Positions 36,501 to 48,184 of a stretch of 64,000 bases of DNA are shown one piece after another. Below the pieces are notes generated by a model that was given only the letters and a program-made list of their open reading frames with translations, did not search any database and was not told the origin of the DNA. The stretch is from Ophelia neglecta. Taxonomy: Eukaryota. The position numbers and the translations under genes are program-made. Within the stretch, counting starts at the first letter, position 1. Each line of letters starts with the position of its first letter. The DNA is taken from the NCBI GenBank assembly GCA_965285935.1, contig OZ260667.1, forward strand, positions 7,874,001-7,938,000. The letters are read 5' to 3'.

Positions 36501-39242
36501 ATTTCACATTATTAGCTAGATTTTTGATTATCCTGCATTTTTTCCCTTTTTATGAGTGTACTGATATTGTCTATTAAAGTGAAACCTGTGAATTAAGACC
36601 ACTAAGTGGACTGGAAAATACAGGTATGGTTTCGGAGGTGGTCAGTTTAGATAGGCTATTTACCATTGAAAGTATATAGCACGGTCCTCAAATTAGTGGT
36701 CTGAATTGACAGGTGGTCTGGTTATAGAGGTGGTCTTTAAGGCAGTTTTCACTGTAGTTATAATATTAGGCCCATGTTGGTCAGGGGTCTGACAGGCCTA
36801 TATATTTTACCTTTTCTGTATTGTGGTTAAGGATGTTCAGGCCACGTGTGCTAGGAAAAGATAGACTTAAGTCTAAGTATGTTGTCAAATTTTCCTACAG
36901 TTGAGATACTGATAAGATCTAAGCGGTAAGTTGGCTGAGCAACACTTAAGCATGCTGCCTTGTATAAAGTAGCGCTGTGAAAGCTCCAAATGGGGTGTTT
37001 CAGTGAATTTACCATTCTGTGTATCACAGAAATATTCACCACCGCTGAATGCATCAAACTTCATTGGAGTCAGTTCTGCCAGAAATGACCACACATGTGT
37101 AGTGACATTAACCATGTACAGTTTTTTCGAGACCCTTTTGCTATATTTTGTCGATATGTACTTATTTTATGTCCAATCTTAGACAACCTTTATGCAATGC
37201 TTGGATTTTAGTCACTTAAAAAAACGCTTAGACCACACCTAGCACAAGACTGTTTCAGCATGGCCTCGAAGCTCAGTCTCAAACAACACTCAAGTTTAAG
37301 ACAAGATCAAGCAAACTACCATTGCATTCCACGTATAAACGTAGCCAAGTTTTTCTAGCACATGGAGCCTGGACTTTGTAGATTTTACCTATTATGTGTA
37401 CGGCAAGTGTTAACGTTAGGGTCGCGATTAAGAGAAGCTTTATTAAGGATAAAGGTATCAGGAATTAAACTTCAGTTTGTAGAAAACCCACTATAGTAGA
37501 TAATTCGGAAAAACTTGGAAAACCTAGGTAATACAGAATAAATAGAAACTATTGTCCGGGAATTAGAAGCCTATGTATTTATGCGTTCCTAAACTACCCA
37601 GCTCATCCGCACCTGACTAAAAGATAATGGACCATATTATAAAGGATGATGAAAATGTGAAATAGTTATTGGCTATCTGGAGTCTCCAGATAAGCTTAAA
37701 GGATTTCATATGAAATACGTACGAATTGGCGTCCCTTCTAAAGGGGAATTTGTTCCCTAAAGTGCGGAAGTACCGTACACCGCCACCCGCCGGAGTCGCA
37801 CATAAACAAAAAAACTAGCATCGTTTACTTGTAAAAAGATCGAGGAGAAGTGGACACCGTATTAGAATAAAGAGAGCAGATACAAATGATGCACAAGAAA
37901 AAACGAAGAGATAATATAGATAAAATCTAACAAATCTGCTAGTTTTAGCTCCAGGAAAAGTGTGTTGTAGCCTACCATGTTTGGCGTTATGCAAGCCAAG
38001 AAAGTAGAAGACTAAAGCGAGGTCACGGGGCTAGGCCAATAGCAGTAAATTATCAATATATTATGACAGCCATTTGATTGCTATTTTAACACTGTTCTTG
38101 CAAGTTTATAATTACAATTCGGGCCAACATTGGATGCTTATATATCCCCGACACCCATTCTTGCTAAAACTCAGTGAACTTCAATCCGGGTATTTTCAGG
38201 GGAAATCTTACCTGACACCAGAGGGCGTGCGGCGTCTCAATGAGCCGGTAGCTTCCGGTACAGATGTTTACCTTGGTTTAAATGTGATTGCAGGAAGAGG
38301 GACAAGCTTGGTACCAAACGCAGATGTAAGTTTTATAAGGTCAATGACGTATTGAAATGTATAAATGCTCTTTCTCATAATTATAGCTTTAATATCGATA
38401 TCGGTTATGCAGAATATTGCAAAGGGTTTAATTCATTCGGTCTTAATGCAAACTATACAAAATATACGTTTGTGCAGCTAATTATTCTGATCTATTGCAA
38501 TAGCCCCCCCCCCCCTTCCCCCACTTATTTATAGGAAAGTAATCATGTACAACATTTACTTCATGTCACTCGGTCACACTTGGCCGCTAATCCGGCGTCT
38601 TGATCAACATATATTAATAGTATAGGAAGTACAAGGGAAAAAACTAAAATGGAATACCCTTACACTTCACATAGAGTCTAAAATTTCTGTGATATCGCTC
38701 ATAAAAATGCAGTCAGCGTCACGCCTAAGGGGGCTATGACTTTCATACGGCGGGAATCGACGTTTACGCGTAGAATAATCAGAAACTGCTATAGAATAAT
38801 CTCCTGCACAACAGGGTGTCAGCACCAGATTATTACCCACAACACATTGCTGTGAACTGTGGGGCAGACTCGTCTTAATAATCTGTAATATGTAATATTA
38901 ACATTGGCCCTTTAGGAAGTCCCCTATTCCAGAGGACTTGAAATTTGCCCTTTTAGGGAAGTATATATAAAATATCCCGTGAAATGTTTGACAATGTGAT
39001 CTTATGTTTCATATGTTAATTTTTTTATATTAATGATGCTGCTCTGCTTTCAGAACTCGAGCCTGACGTTTGGGACGCCCGGTGCTGGAGGTCAGATGGG
39101 TTATGGTGACCCCAAATATCGTCTGGGCTGGGCCTACCTCTCTAACTACCACAGTGCTCTACTACAAACTGATATATACATGGCTCTGAGAAAGGCCATG
39201 TACGAAACAGTCTTTGAGTTAGAGAAGAAAAAAAGCAGTTAA
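30540..39242 (+). CDS. Beta-lactamase domain-containing protein, copy D (about 426 aa, N-terminal signal/anchor)
   Basis: Exons are 30540-30682, 31864-32055, 33334-33433, 33992-34097, 34650-34772, 35301-35482, 36351-36470, 38200-38325 and 39054-39242 (1281 nt, open, all GT-AG). Motifs FYSTTKG, GYHA and FGTPGAGG are present. Confidence 0.92.
32092..32570 (+). mobile_element. Degenerate PIF/Harbinger element end with a Myb/SANT-like ORF remnant; right boundary not determined
   Basis: Terminus GTGTGCTAGAATTTACTAAACTTAAGTCTAAG is followed by a frameshifted peptide [14 protein letters not shown]...[21 protein letters not shown], which resembles the K..W..I...vN pattern of Harbinger Myb/SANT-like proteins. 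Confidence 0.5.
34186..34478. repeat. 30-bp minisatellite in intron 4 of copy D
   Basis: About 10 units of CTGGGGACACTTTACTTGGCCTTCTGTAAA. Confidence 0.9.
36840..37369. mobile_element. PIF/Harbinger-like MITE
   Basis: Inverted termini GGCCACGTGTGCTAGGAA and TTCTAGCACATGGAGCC. Confidence 0.55.
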
Positions 39243-40679
39243 ATCTACATTACTATCAGTGCATAACCTGTATGCTGCTTTTGCCTGATTATTTGAATAT
39301 GGAAAATATTCTTCAGTAAAAAACAAACTCATAGTTGCAAAAATATATTATCAGAGCAGCAAAATCAGGCAACTTGCATTCTGGCGGCAGAAGGGCAGCA
39401 GTAGTATGCAACTAATTACCCAAGACTCAATTTCCTTTACAGTTTTCTTTTAGCGCTTCTCTAGTCAGATTTATTCACTAGACAGCTGCGTTATTGTAAG
39501 TTTAATGGTTTTAAATTTTGTTGATTTCTCTATACATCAAAGTCTGTTTGTGATGAGATATCCCATTCAAAATAAATCAATGAGATATTGTATCCTTGTA
39601 ATTCAACTTGATCGCAACTGATGCAATATTACCAACTTATTTAAATATTTGACAGTGGGTCAGTAAAAAAATGTTGTTCTCTCATTGAGGTATTGATACC
39701 ATCTTCAAGGACGAAGCAATTTAATAAGTGCAGACCGTTCGAACACGATGCAGAAGTCATTTACTTATCGTATATTTTACTCGTGTACTAAAATCAAATT
39801 TCAATATGACCACTCATATAAACTTCAAGACAATTACTGTCAATATCGCCCACTCAGCTTATTTTGCCTTTGATATAGACTGTGATTCATGATATTATTC
39901 ACGGGAGATTCTAACCATGCATTTTCAGACGCACCCAATTTCATGATTTGACCCTATTCATCGTATTCCTGATCTACATGACATGAAATATCGCCCAAAA
40001 GCTAAATCAACGTGCATGGAGATGACAAAACCTTATAAACATCGGTAACAACCATATTTTAAGGGTCCCAATCCATTTCATCAATGGCATTTTAGGTTTA
40101 ATTTTGTTTTGCCGCCCTGGGATATTGGGTGGCCCATGTGCCGTGTCTTGGCATCGGAAAGAGCGATTTCTGATTTCCCAGCATGTGAAAGGAACTTAGT
40201 GGTATTCATAATATCCTGAGGTATCGAAAAATATCAAACCTTCCATGTATGGGATAATCCATACAAACAATTCTCATACTACAGAAAGAATATCTTAGTT
40301 TAAAAAATTTCTCTCCTTCGCAAAGAAAGTTACAGAAGCGTCGATTACAGTTATTTTAAACAACACACCATTGTTTTATTGTCACTCTCATTTCTTTCTG
40401 GTTACATATAATCAGAGACGCATGTGAGTATATACATCTCTGATATAATTTATCCCTCAGTCAACAATCAAAGGGATTCAACCTAGGCTGAGACGGTCTT
40501 TGCTAGTCTGTACCGGAATTGTGCGTTTAGAGCATGGGAAAAATCCATAATCAGCACCCTAATCTCTAAGCAAAACCGCAATGTCTACTCAGCTTCGACA
40601 TATGTAATCAGAAATGACTAATCAGCGCCTAGCCCGCGCCGCAGTGTCTTTTCAGCGCCTAGCTGTCTAATCGCAAATC

Positions 40680-41402
40680 AAGGCCTAATCAGCACAAAAT
40701 TGGAAATGTCTTATCCCTAATCAGCGCCTAATCAGCCAATAAATGGAAATGTCTTATCGCTAATCAACGTCTAATCAGCCAATAAATGGAAATGTCTTAT
40801 CACTAATCAGCGCCTAATTGGCAGATATGGAAATGTCTAATCGCTTATCAGCGTCTAATCAGCACATAACTGGAAATGTCTAATCGCTTATCAGCCCCTA
40901 CTTGGCACATGAATAGAAAGTTCTCATCGCTAATCAGCGCCTAATTGGCAGATATGGAAATGGCTATTCGCTAATAAAGGCCTAATTGACACATACATGG
41001 AAATGTCTTATCACTAATCAGCCCCTAATCAGCCAATAAATGGAAATGTCTTATCGCTATTCAGCGCCTAATTGGCAGATATGGAAATGGCTATTCGCTA
41101 ATAAATGCCTAATTGACACATACATGGAAATGTCTTATCGCTAATCAGCGCCTAATCAGCCAATAAATGGAAATGTCTTATCGCTAATCAGCGCCTAATC
41201 GGCACATAAATGGAAATGTCTTATCACTAATCAGCCCCTAATCAGCCAATAAATGGAAATGTCTTTTCGCTAATCAGCGCCTAATCGGCACATAAATGGA
41301 AATGTCTTTTCGCCAATCGGCGCCTAATCGGCACATAAATGGAAATGTCTTATCGATAATCTGCGCCTAATTGGCATAAAAATGGAAATGTCTAATCAGC
41401 GC
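40680..41402. repeat. 43-bp satellite array with 41-bp variants, about 17 units
   Basis: Unit AAATGGAAATGTCTTATCGCTAATCAGCGCCTAATCAGCCAAT; GGAAATG occurs at about 40702, 40745, 40788, 40829, 40872 ... 41341 and 41384. Confidence 0.92.
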
Positions 41403-42588
41403 CGCAATGTCATGTCGCATACATATATTATTGTCATACATATTGGGCAGCTCATCAAAATTGGAAAGCTTTTTACTAACTAAATGAACACAAGTTAGTT
41501 TTCAATTTGTCAGTCTTCTTTTGGTCTTTATCAAGAACACGCTGCCCAGCGAGAACTATATAACCAAATAACTATATAAGTATATGTAGATCACACAGAG
41601 AGCGTCCCAAAGGGAATATATCTCAATATGAAATGCTGTGCAACTTGTGAATTAAGACCATCAACAGGACTGGATGCTGGTCTGATTATGGAGGTGGTCC
41701 GTTTAGACAGGTCATTGTACATTGAAAATGAACAGAAAGTTGAAACTCCTGTGTCAGATAAAAGGCTGAAATGGGTGGTTTCCCCACCATCCCCACCATT
41801 AAGATAATACTGTTGGCTAGCAATTCTGTGTACATTAATATTTGTAAGGGATACTCACCCATTTTGTCCTCCCAATATTGTTAACTGCATCTCCAGTGTA
41901 TGGCCTCCAATGTGGTCTTCCTTGAGGTCTCTCCTGGGGTCTCCCCAGGGGCTTTCCTTGATGCCTCTCTATAGGTATCCTCAGGGGCCTGCAGAAGGGC
42001 CTCCCATTGTGTCTCCCACTGGCTTCCACGGTAATCGACATTTCTCACCATGGCTAGAGTATCAAGTTATTGTCCGATGCTGTCAAGGCTGGTGGGTGTG
42101 CTTCTTGTAGTCCCATTCTTAGTGTAAGGACAATTGATCTTAAAGGACAAAATATAGATTCTTAATATCAAGATGATATATATCTATTCATATTAATATA
42201 TACTTAAATCTGTACAATCCAAGTGATATGATCTTATCTATTATAATAGTAGTAAAGACTGACACCTACTACTAGCCGCGGATTTTAATTCACTATTTTA
42301 CTTTCATTACACATTAATTCTTTAATAAATTTAGCCTTAAATTCAAGTCAAACGACCCTTATGTATCGCAGGAATTGCCTCAATTTTGTTGATAATTCGG
42401 TGGCAGCGCAAGGTTTCTAAATGTAAACGGACATTTTAAACTGTTTTTGGCGGCAGTTAAACTTCGACTGACGGTAATAGAACCGGAAACTCAAGCAACA
42501 ACATCCTTGCCCTTTGATGCAGTAGCCCTTAAAATTGAACTTTTAAACTTAAAGAGCCAGATTTTCATATCGTTCGTTTATTTTGCAA

Positions 42589-44708
42589 GAACTAAGATGG
42601 GCCACCACTCCATCAGTATAGGACTTTACTAGGACCAGGTGGTGAGGGAGTGGCCCCCAAACACCGCAGTCTGAGTCAGTTCTTTAAGGAAGAACTCGCT
42701 ACACCTCTCGGAAAGACGGCCTGCACAACAGAACACTATAGGGTTAGGGACTGGGTGATGGGTTTAAGGAAGGGGACTGGTGAGGGTGTCGAAGGGCGGT
42801 GAGAGGAGGAAAGGAAGGGGGGGGGGGCTTCTATCACAGGGCCAGGCCGAGAGGAAGATGGGACCCAGTCTGAGTCAGTTCTTTAAGGAGGAAAACAGAG
42901 CAACACTGTTCGAGGTATATATCACGCGATTTTTCATTCAGATAATTAAAGTAGTTCCTTTACTTTCTTCCAAACTATATCTACCGGGTATATAGCGCAT
43001 GCAGATTAACCAATGCTTTCCTATACTACTCCGACAAAATTTGGTTGATGAATAGGATTTGAAATGAATGCGCTGCTATATTATTATTTTAATCACAGGG
43101 GCGTGAATTCAGCTTGGAACGTAGGTTTCATCTCTGTTGGAAAACCCTTTTTTAGATTTAAGAACAACCTGACGTGTACCTAGGCCATGTTGTCCTTAAT
43201 CAAACTATTCCAATGAAATTTGACGGCAAGTTAAATTAAGACTTGCAGATCGGTCTCCGCCGCCAGAGATCGTTGCGAGCGGCACGTATTACCCCTAACA
43301 GCCTGCTCTCGTGCATCCCGAGCTATGGAATATCATTCGGACTTTTCTTGACCCAGAAAACGAGATCATGAAAACCTCATGCGTCCCAGTCGAGTTTAAA
43401 GTAACGCCATTAATTTTGCTTTAAAGAGTTTTCTAACGGGAAGTGGGTGAGCTGCAGAATTAATATCAAAATGCGGTCGTAGGGAGGGGAATCAAGTATA
43501 TTCATATATATGTATTGGGCCTGTGCCCCTCACCCTTCAGCTCGAGTAAATTACGCTGGTCGACCTTCTATGCAATAATATTAATACTAATACCACTAAT
43601 AATAATAATAATAAAAATAATAATGTTTATTTCAACTTATGTAATTAGTACAATCGTTATATATCCTAATATAAGTATTATTGTGGACGCCACTTAAAAA
43701 TGACCACTCCAGCGCCACGTCTACAACGACCCTGTGATAAAAGCGACCCCCATCTCCTCGATTAACGGTCTAGGAGCCACCGACAGCGTGGACAAACTCT
43801 TTGGCATTCTGGCCAATGGCGGAAATACAAGGTACTTTAATTATGCAGGCCTACTCCGGTAATTTGTCTAAGATAGCTTTAGAAGTCTTAAACCGATTCG
43901 CCTGAGATATGATGGAGTAAATTTTAGCCACATTTTATTCGACTTTATATTAAGTGTATAGCTTGTCATAGACAGTCGAGTAGCACCCCCATGTCTTACC
44001 TGACAACGGAGGGCTAGCGACGTATTGCGAACCAGCACCTAGTGGCACGGGCTTGTATATGTTAGGCGCAATCTCCCGATCCGCGCGATCTTAGGATTGC
44101 GCAGCACAAAGTACGGATTGCCACTTCGCGCGGCAATCTTAAGATCGCGCTCTCGTCCTAATTCTGCGCAGCGCAATTATCCCATTGATCGTGGAAGCCC
44201 CATACGTGCAATTAGGCCCTTTTGGGGTTGATATGATTAATAACTCGTGCATGCCAAGCTACGACCAAATAACATATTAGAAATTCTTACTGCGAAGATG
44301 GTACCAATCTCCAAACCACGGCAATGGCAACAAACTTTTTTTTTGTTATTAGCCATGAGGACAAAACACAAGGATCGATCATTGTAGCAAGGAAAACAAC
44401 TGCACCAGTGCACTGGTGAATAATCTCAAAGTTATCACACACAAACTTGGATTTAATTTCTAAACTGCATACTCTTTAGATTGCCCTGCACAATCTTAAG
44501 ATTTCCCTGAACATCTTTAGTAAGGATCGCTGAAGACCAATTCCTTGCGATTAACGGAGCGATTCCATTAAACAAGCATATTGTTTTTCAAAACGGGAAA
44601 TATAACAACGTCGAAGTTGTGATGAGAAGCAAGGTTTATAAGACATTTCATGTCGATCCGATAGAGGTTATCGCCAGACGGGGAACCTCCAGCAGACCAA
44701 ACGTGGAT
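42589..44708 (+). pseudogene. Decayed beta-lactamase domain gene, copy E (remnants of exons 5-8)
   Basis: Exon 5 (about 42589-42710) has a TAG, GYH changed to GHH and a lost GT donor. Exon 6 (about 43236-43400) has a deletion and exon 7 (43713-43831) is 119 nt, so frameshifted. Exon 8 is split into about 43990-44060 and about 44655-44708. No exons 1-4 or 9 were recognised. Confidence 0.85.
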
Positions 44709-46617
44709 GTAATTTTTACACGATTTTTTTTCTATCCCGTCCATATTTGGTTAATAACCCAGATGATCACTGAAGTCCGTGTTTCATTGCTTTCCGAAAA
44801 ATTGGAGTGGATAATTAATTGTCGGAAAACCCCAAATCAGAATATGCGATTTGGTATTAAAATTGACACTATATTCATTTTGAACATTATATGCCGAAAA
44901 AATGCGTTATAGGCTTTCAATGTTAATATAGGTGCTAGGTAATGAATTAATGGCAGAAATCATGTATACTGTTCAGCCTTTGAAAATGAACGCCAAAGTT
45001 AAATTTGAAAACTCGTATATATAAGATACGCAAAATATGCTTTCCTTAGATATAGGTTCTATAGCTAATAAAATATAGGCAGACAGCAAGATGTAAGTGA
45101 TTTGATCTTGAAAACGGAACAAAGAAACTGAAGAAAAAACTGCAAATGTTTTCTTTTTATAGAGCGACAGAGGAAAGTGGACTTGTGGTTCAATGGTTCC
45201 TTCTACTTTAGGAGGATGTAATTACCAGCTGCTTAATGTTAAAGAAGGGCCTATCGCCTGTTGCTTACGCCCATTACGTCTGGTATGCGATAGCTGCAGA
45301 TCCCTGGCAATCGATACGAGATTTTAACAGATAAATCGTGGCCTTATTGTCCATTCGAAATAGCAAACACCTAATCTGAGGATTGATATTTCCTAGGTGC
45401 GCACAAACTTAAGAAGCCTAAGAGCAAAGCTAGGCCTACTTACTGCGCGGAATTAGACGATGAGCGAAATTACGTGACTAATGACTATATGTCCCCTGGC
45501 CCTGAATGAGCGAAATAGTTTCCTCGAAAACAAGCGTCGAACAGATCGGGCCTACACTGTAAAAAGTGACCCTTAATATAACATTGGTTTTCTATGGTGC
45601 GTTAATATGTAAATCTATGTTGGATGTTATTTTGTTCTATGGACTTAATATTTTTATGTCAATTGAACATGTATTTTGTTGCCGGAAATTACCGTGTTAC
45701 CTTTACATGGGTCTTTCTCGTTGGTCGGACTTGGTTCTACAAAACGCTTTGCTAGGTTTGTGTTAATCACACAATCGGTATTATTATTATCGTTATTTGA
45801 ACTAGTATCATTACTATTATCGATGTAATTATGGCTTATCTATTTATTATCATTATTATTAATTTATTATCATTATTGATAATTGAATATAAAAGTACAA
45901 CAACTTTAACTTAATTTTTATTTTTACAACTTTAAGCATAGAAGGATTAGCAATTTCTTGTCATACATTCTACTATAAGCTGTCCCTTATTTTTCGGGGT
46001 CCAGTGGGGTCAAGTTATTCGTTCTACATCATGCTTGCCATTAGTTTTGATAAACCTCTGTTCCAACTTCTGAAATCCTCCACAAGGCGGACATAGAGTT
46101 CTAGAGCACACGTATGTAAGCAATCCCAATCAAGGTCTAATTTATATAATATACATTTTCTATGTACAATTGTAGGCCTAATGAGGAATCCACTAGTGAT
46201 TTCTTCATTCTCTCGAAGTAGAGTACCAACACTCTAACGATTATATACCGAGTATGCTTTTATTATCGCAGAGTCGTAGTGCTAACACGTGTATGATTTG
46301 TGTTAATTGAAAAAAACGTTAGATGCATCAACATCTCAACATAGGGGTATTTTGTATATGCAAATGGCGGCCAAGAGAACTGAGATTTGACCCCATTGTC
46401 ACGCAATAAAATTCCTGAAAACAGTAGCTATTGTCGAGTTTATATGCACTTCCTTGTTTTTTTCTGTAAAATCGGACATTATTTTTTTCTGAAACTGTCC
46501 GGGAACCTATACACCAAATACATGTCAGCTTTCGGGGTCAGCTTAATTATAGTTTTAGCACTGTAGCCAAATTAGAAGTATAATTATCCTTGATTTCGCT
46601 GTTTTGGTGGTAACATA

Positions 46618-46847
46618 ACCCGGCTTCTGGAAGCGGTTTTAACCCTTAATCAAATTAAAATTAAGATATTAAAGTTCTTAATCCGTTTTAACTTGTTAAT
46701 CAGTGTTTCTGGAAGCTGGATCGGTTCTTAAAACTAGCCAAATTGGTCTTAAACTTACTCCTGGTCCATGGAAGCACCGACTAACCCGCTAGTTGTTAAC
46801 AGGTTAAACTAATCCTTTAACTTTAGACCGCTTGTAGAAACCGGGCC
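46618..46847. mobile_element. MITE with GGCCCGGTTTCTAGAAGC-type termini; related copies near 13500-13607, 35069, 48890-49050 and 55598-55805
   Basis: Inverted ends CCCGGCTTCTGGAAGCGGT and ACCGCTTGTAGAAACCGGGCC. Confidence 0.6.
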
Positions 46848-48184
46848 TATGTGAATAATCGGCGCCATTGATAATATTCGGTATAGTTATAGTGGCTAAA
46901 GTTGCATTTTACGGTGCTCCAAACCCACACCGTATGAGTCAGTATAGTAGCATAATATACAGTGGTTTTTATTGTTGAATGTTTAAAGAAAGATGTTGAT
47001 ATCGTATACTAAGGTTTGGCGTACATCCATTTACTTCTTATTCAGTTAAAATGCATACAATCTTGTCATATTGCCTCAAAAGAATACCCAAGGAATAAAC
47101 ACTTTACAATGAAATATAAAAATACCAATACCAAATACCATTAAATAGATATATATTAGTTTAAATAAAATCATACTGTATCACTATTACCATTTCGGGG
47201 CTTAAATATCACGGCCCCTGTTACTACCTTGTTTCAATTTCATTAAAATATTTATAATCCAGAAGTAATTAACTAATATTAGTATAACCTGATTAGCTAA
47301 ACTTAATTACACCATATTCAAACGTAATTCTTAATAATACAGGTCAGTATCATTGGTTACGAACAAATACTACCACCTATATTCACCAAAATAACTTACT
47401 AATTCCCGTGATTCTACAAATCAAGGTGCGTTTTCCTCTGTTTATCTCTATCCTTTTTCTAACACTTTACATAATTTGATTCACTTCCGGTACTATTCGC
47501 CGAACAGAGACATTCTTGCTGATTAAAGCTGAAAAGCAAGAGTGACAATTCAGATTATAACCATTACTAGAGTATGAAAAGTAATATTGGCTATCTCGTT
47601 GAATCTCGATGTACAAAAACTCATTTCTTCTATAACTGCCAGAATAATAAGATGTGCATTTTTGTTCAGGGGTTGTAACAGAATTATTCTGACGATGGGA
47701 TTTGTATGTCAGGCAAAGGAAAAGTCATATCGATCAAAGCTGACACGTTTTATTCAAGGTTATACCATCATAAATGACTTTAATTAAAGGTGGACATTTG
47801 TTTGCATTTAGGGATATTCCCCTTTTAAATTCTTTGGAAATGATCGCTAGGGGTGTTTCTGGGTGTTTCTTGGTGATCACCAGGGGTTCTGTCACTCAAA
47901 ATTAATATTAGCGAGAAGTTTAATTCATAATTTATGGCGCGGATAAAATTTTATGCTTTTCACCGTTTTTCTTTTCTGGTTTTTCTCTCGTTTTTTTTTT
48001 ACAATAAGAACCAGGGCAGCGGGGGAGGGTGTAAAATATAATGATAAATAGACGGTGGAAAGGCGGTGGAGGGGGGCTGTCAAAATTTGGGATCGGCCTT
48101 ACACATATTTTAGATATACTGGTTGGAGGTTAATGTCAATTATCAATACCTACCGGACGAAAATCCTGTATTTTTATGGATCAT

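Noticed and set aside
162-39242. Bacterial contamination or recent horizontal transfer of a resistance gene
   Set aside because: The genes have eight spliceosomal introns filled with host repeats and lie next to an animal receptor guanylyl cyclase. An ancient transfer cannot be judged from this window.
40680-41402. Possible CRISPR array
   Set aside because: Units are contiguous with no unique spacers, there are no cas genes, and the context is eukaryotic; it is a satellite.
44750-48180. Exon 9 of copy E or another gene between the array and the cyclase
   Set aside because: No FGTPGAGG-like sequence or credible exon was seen; it appears to be repeats and cyclase 3' UTR.
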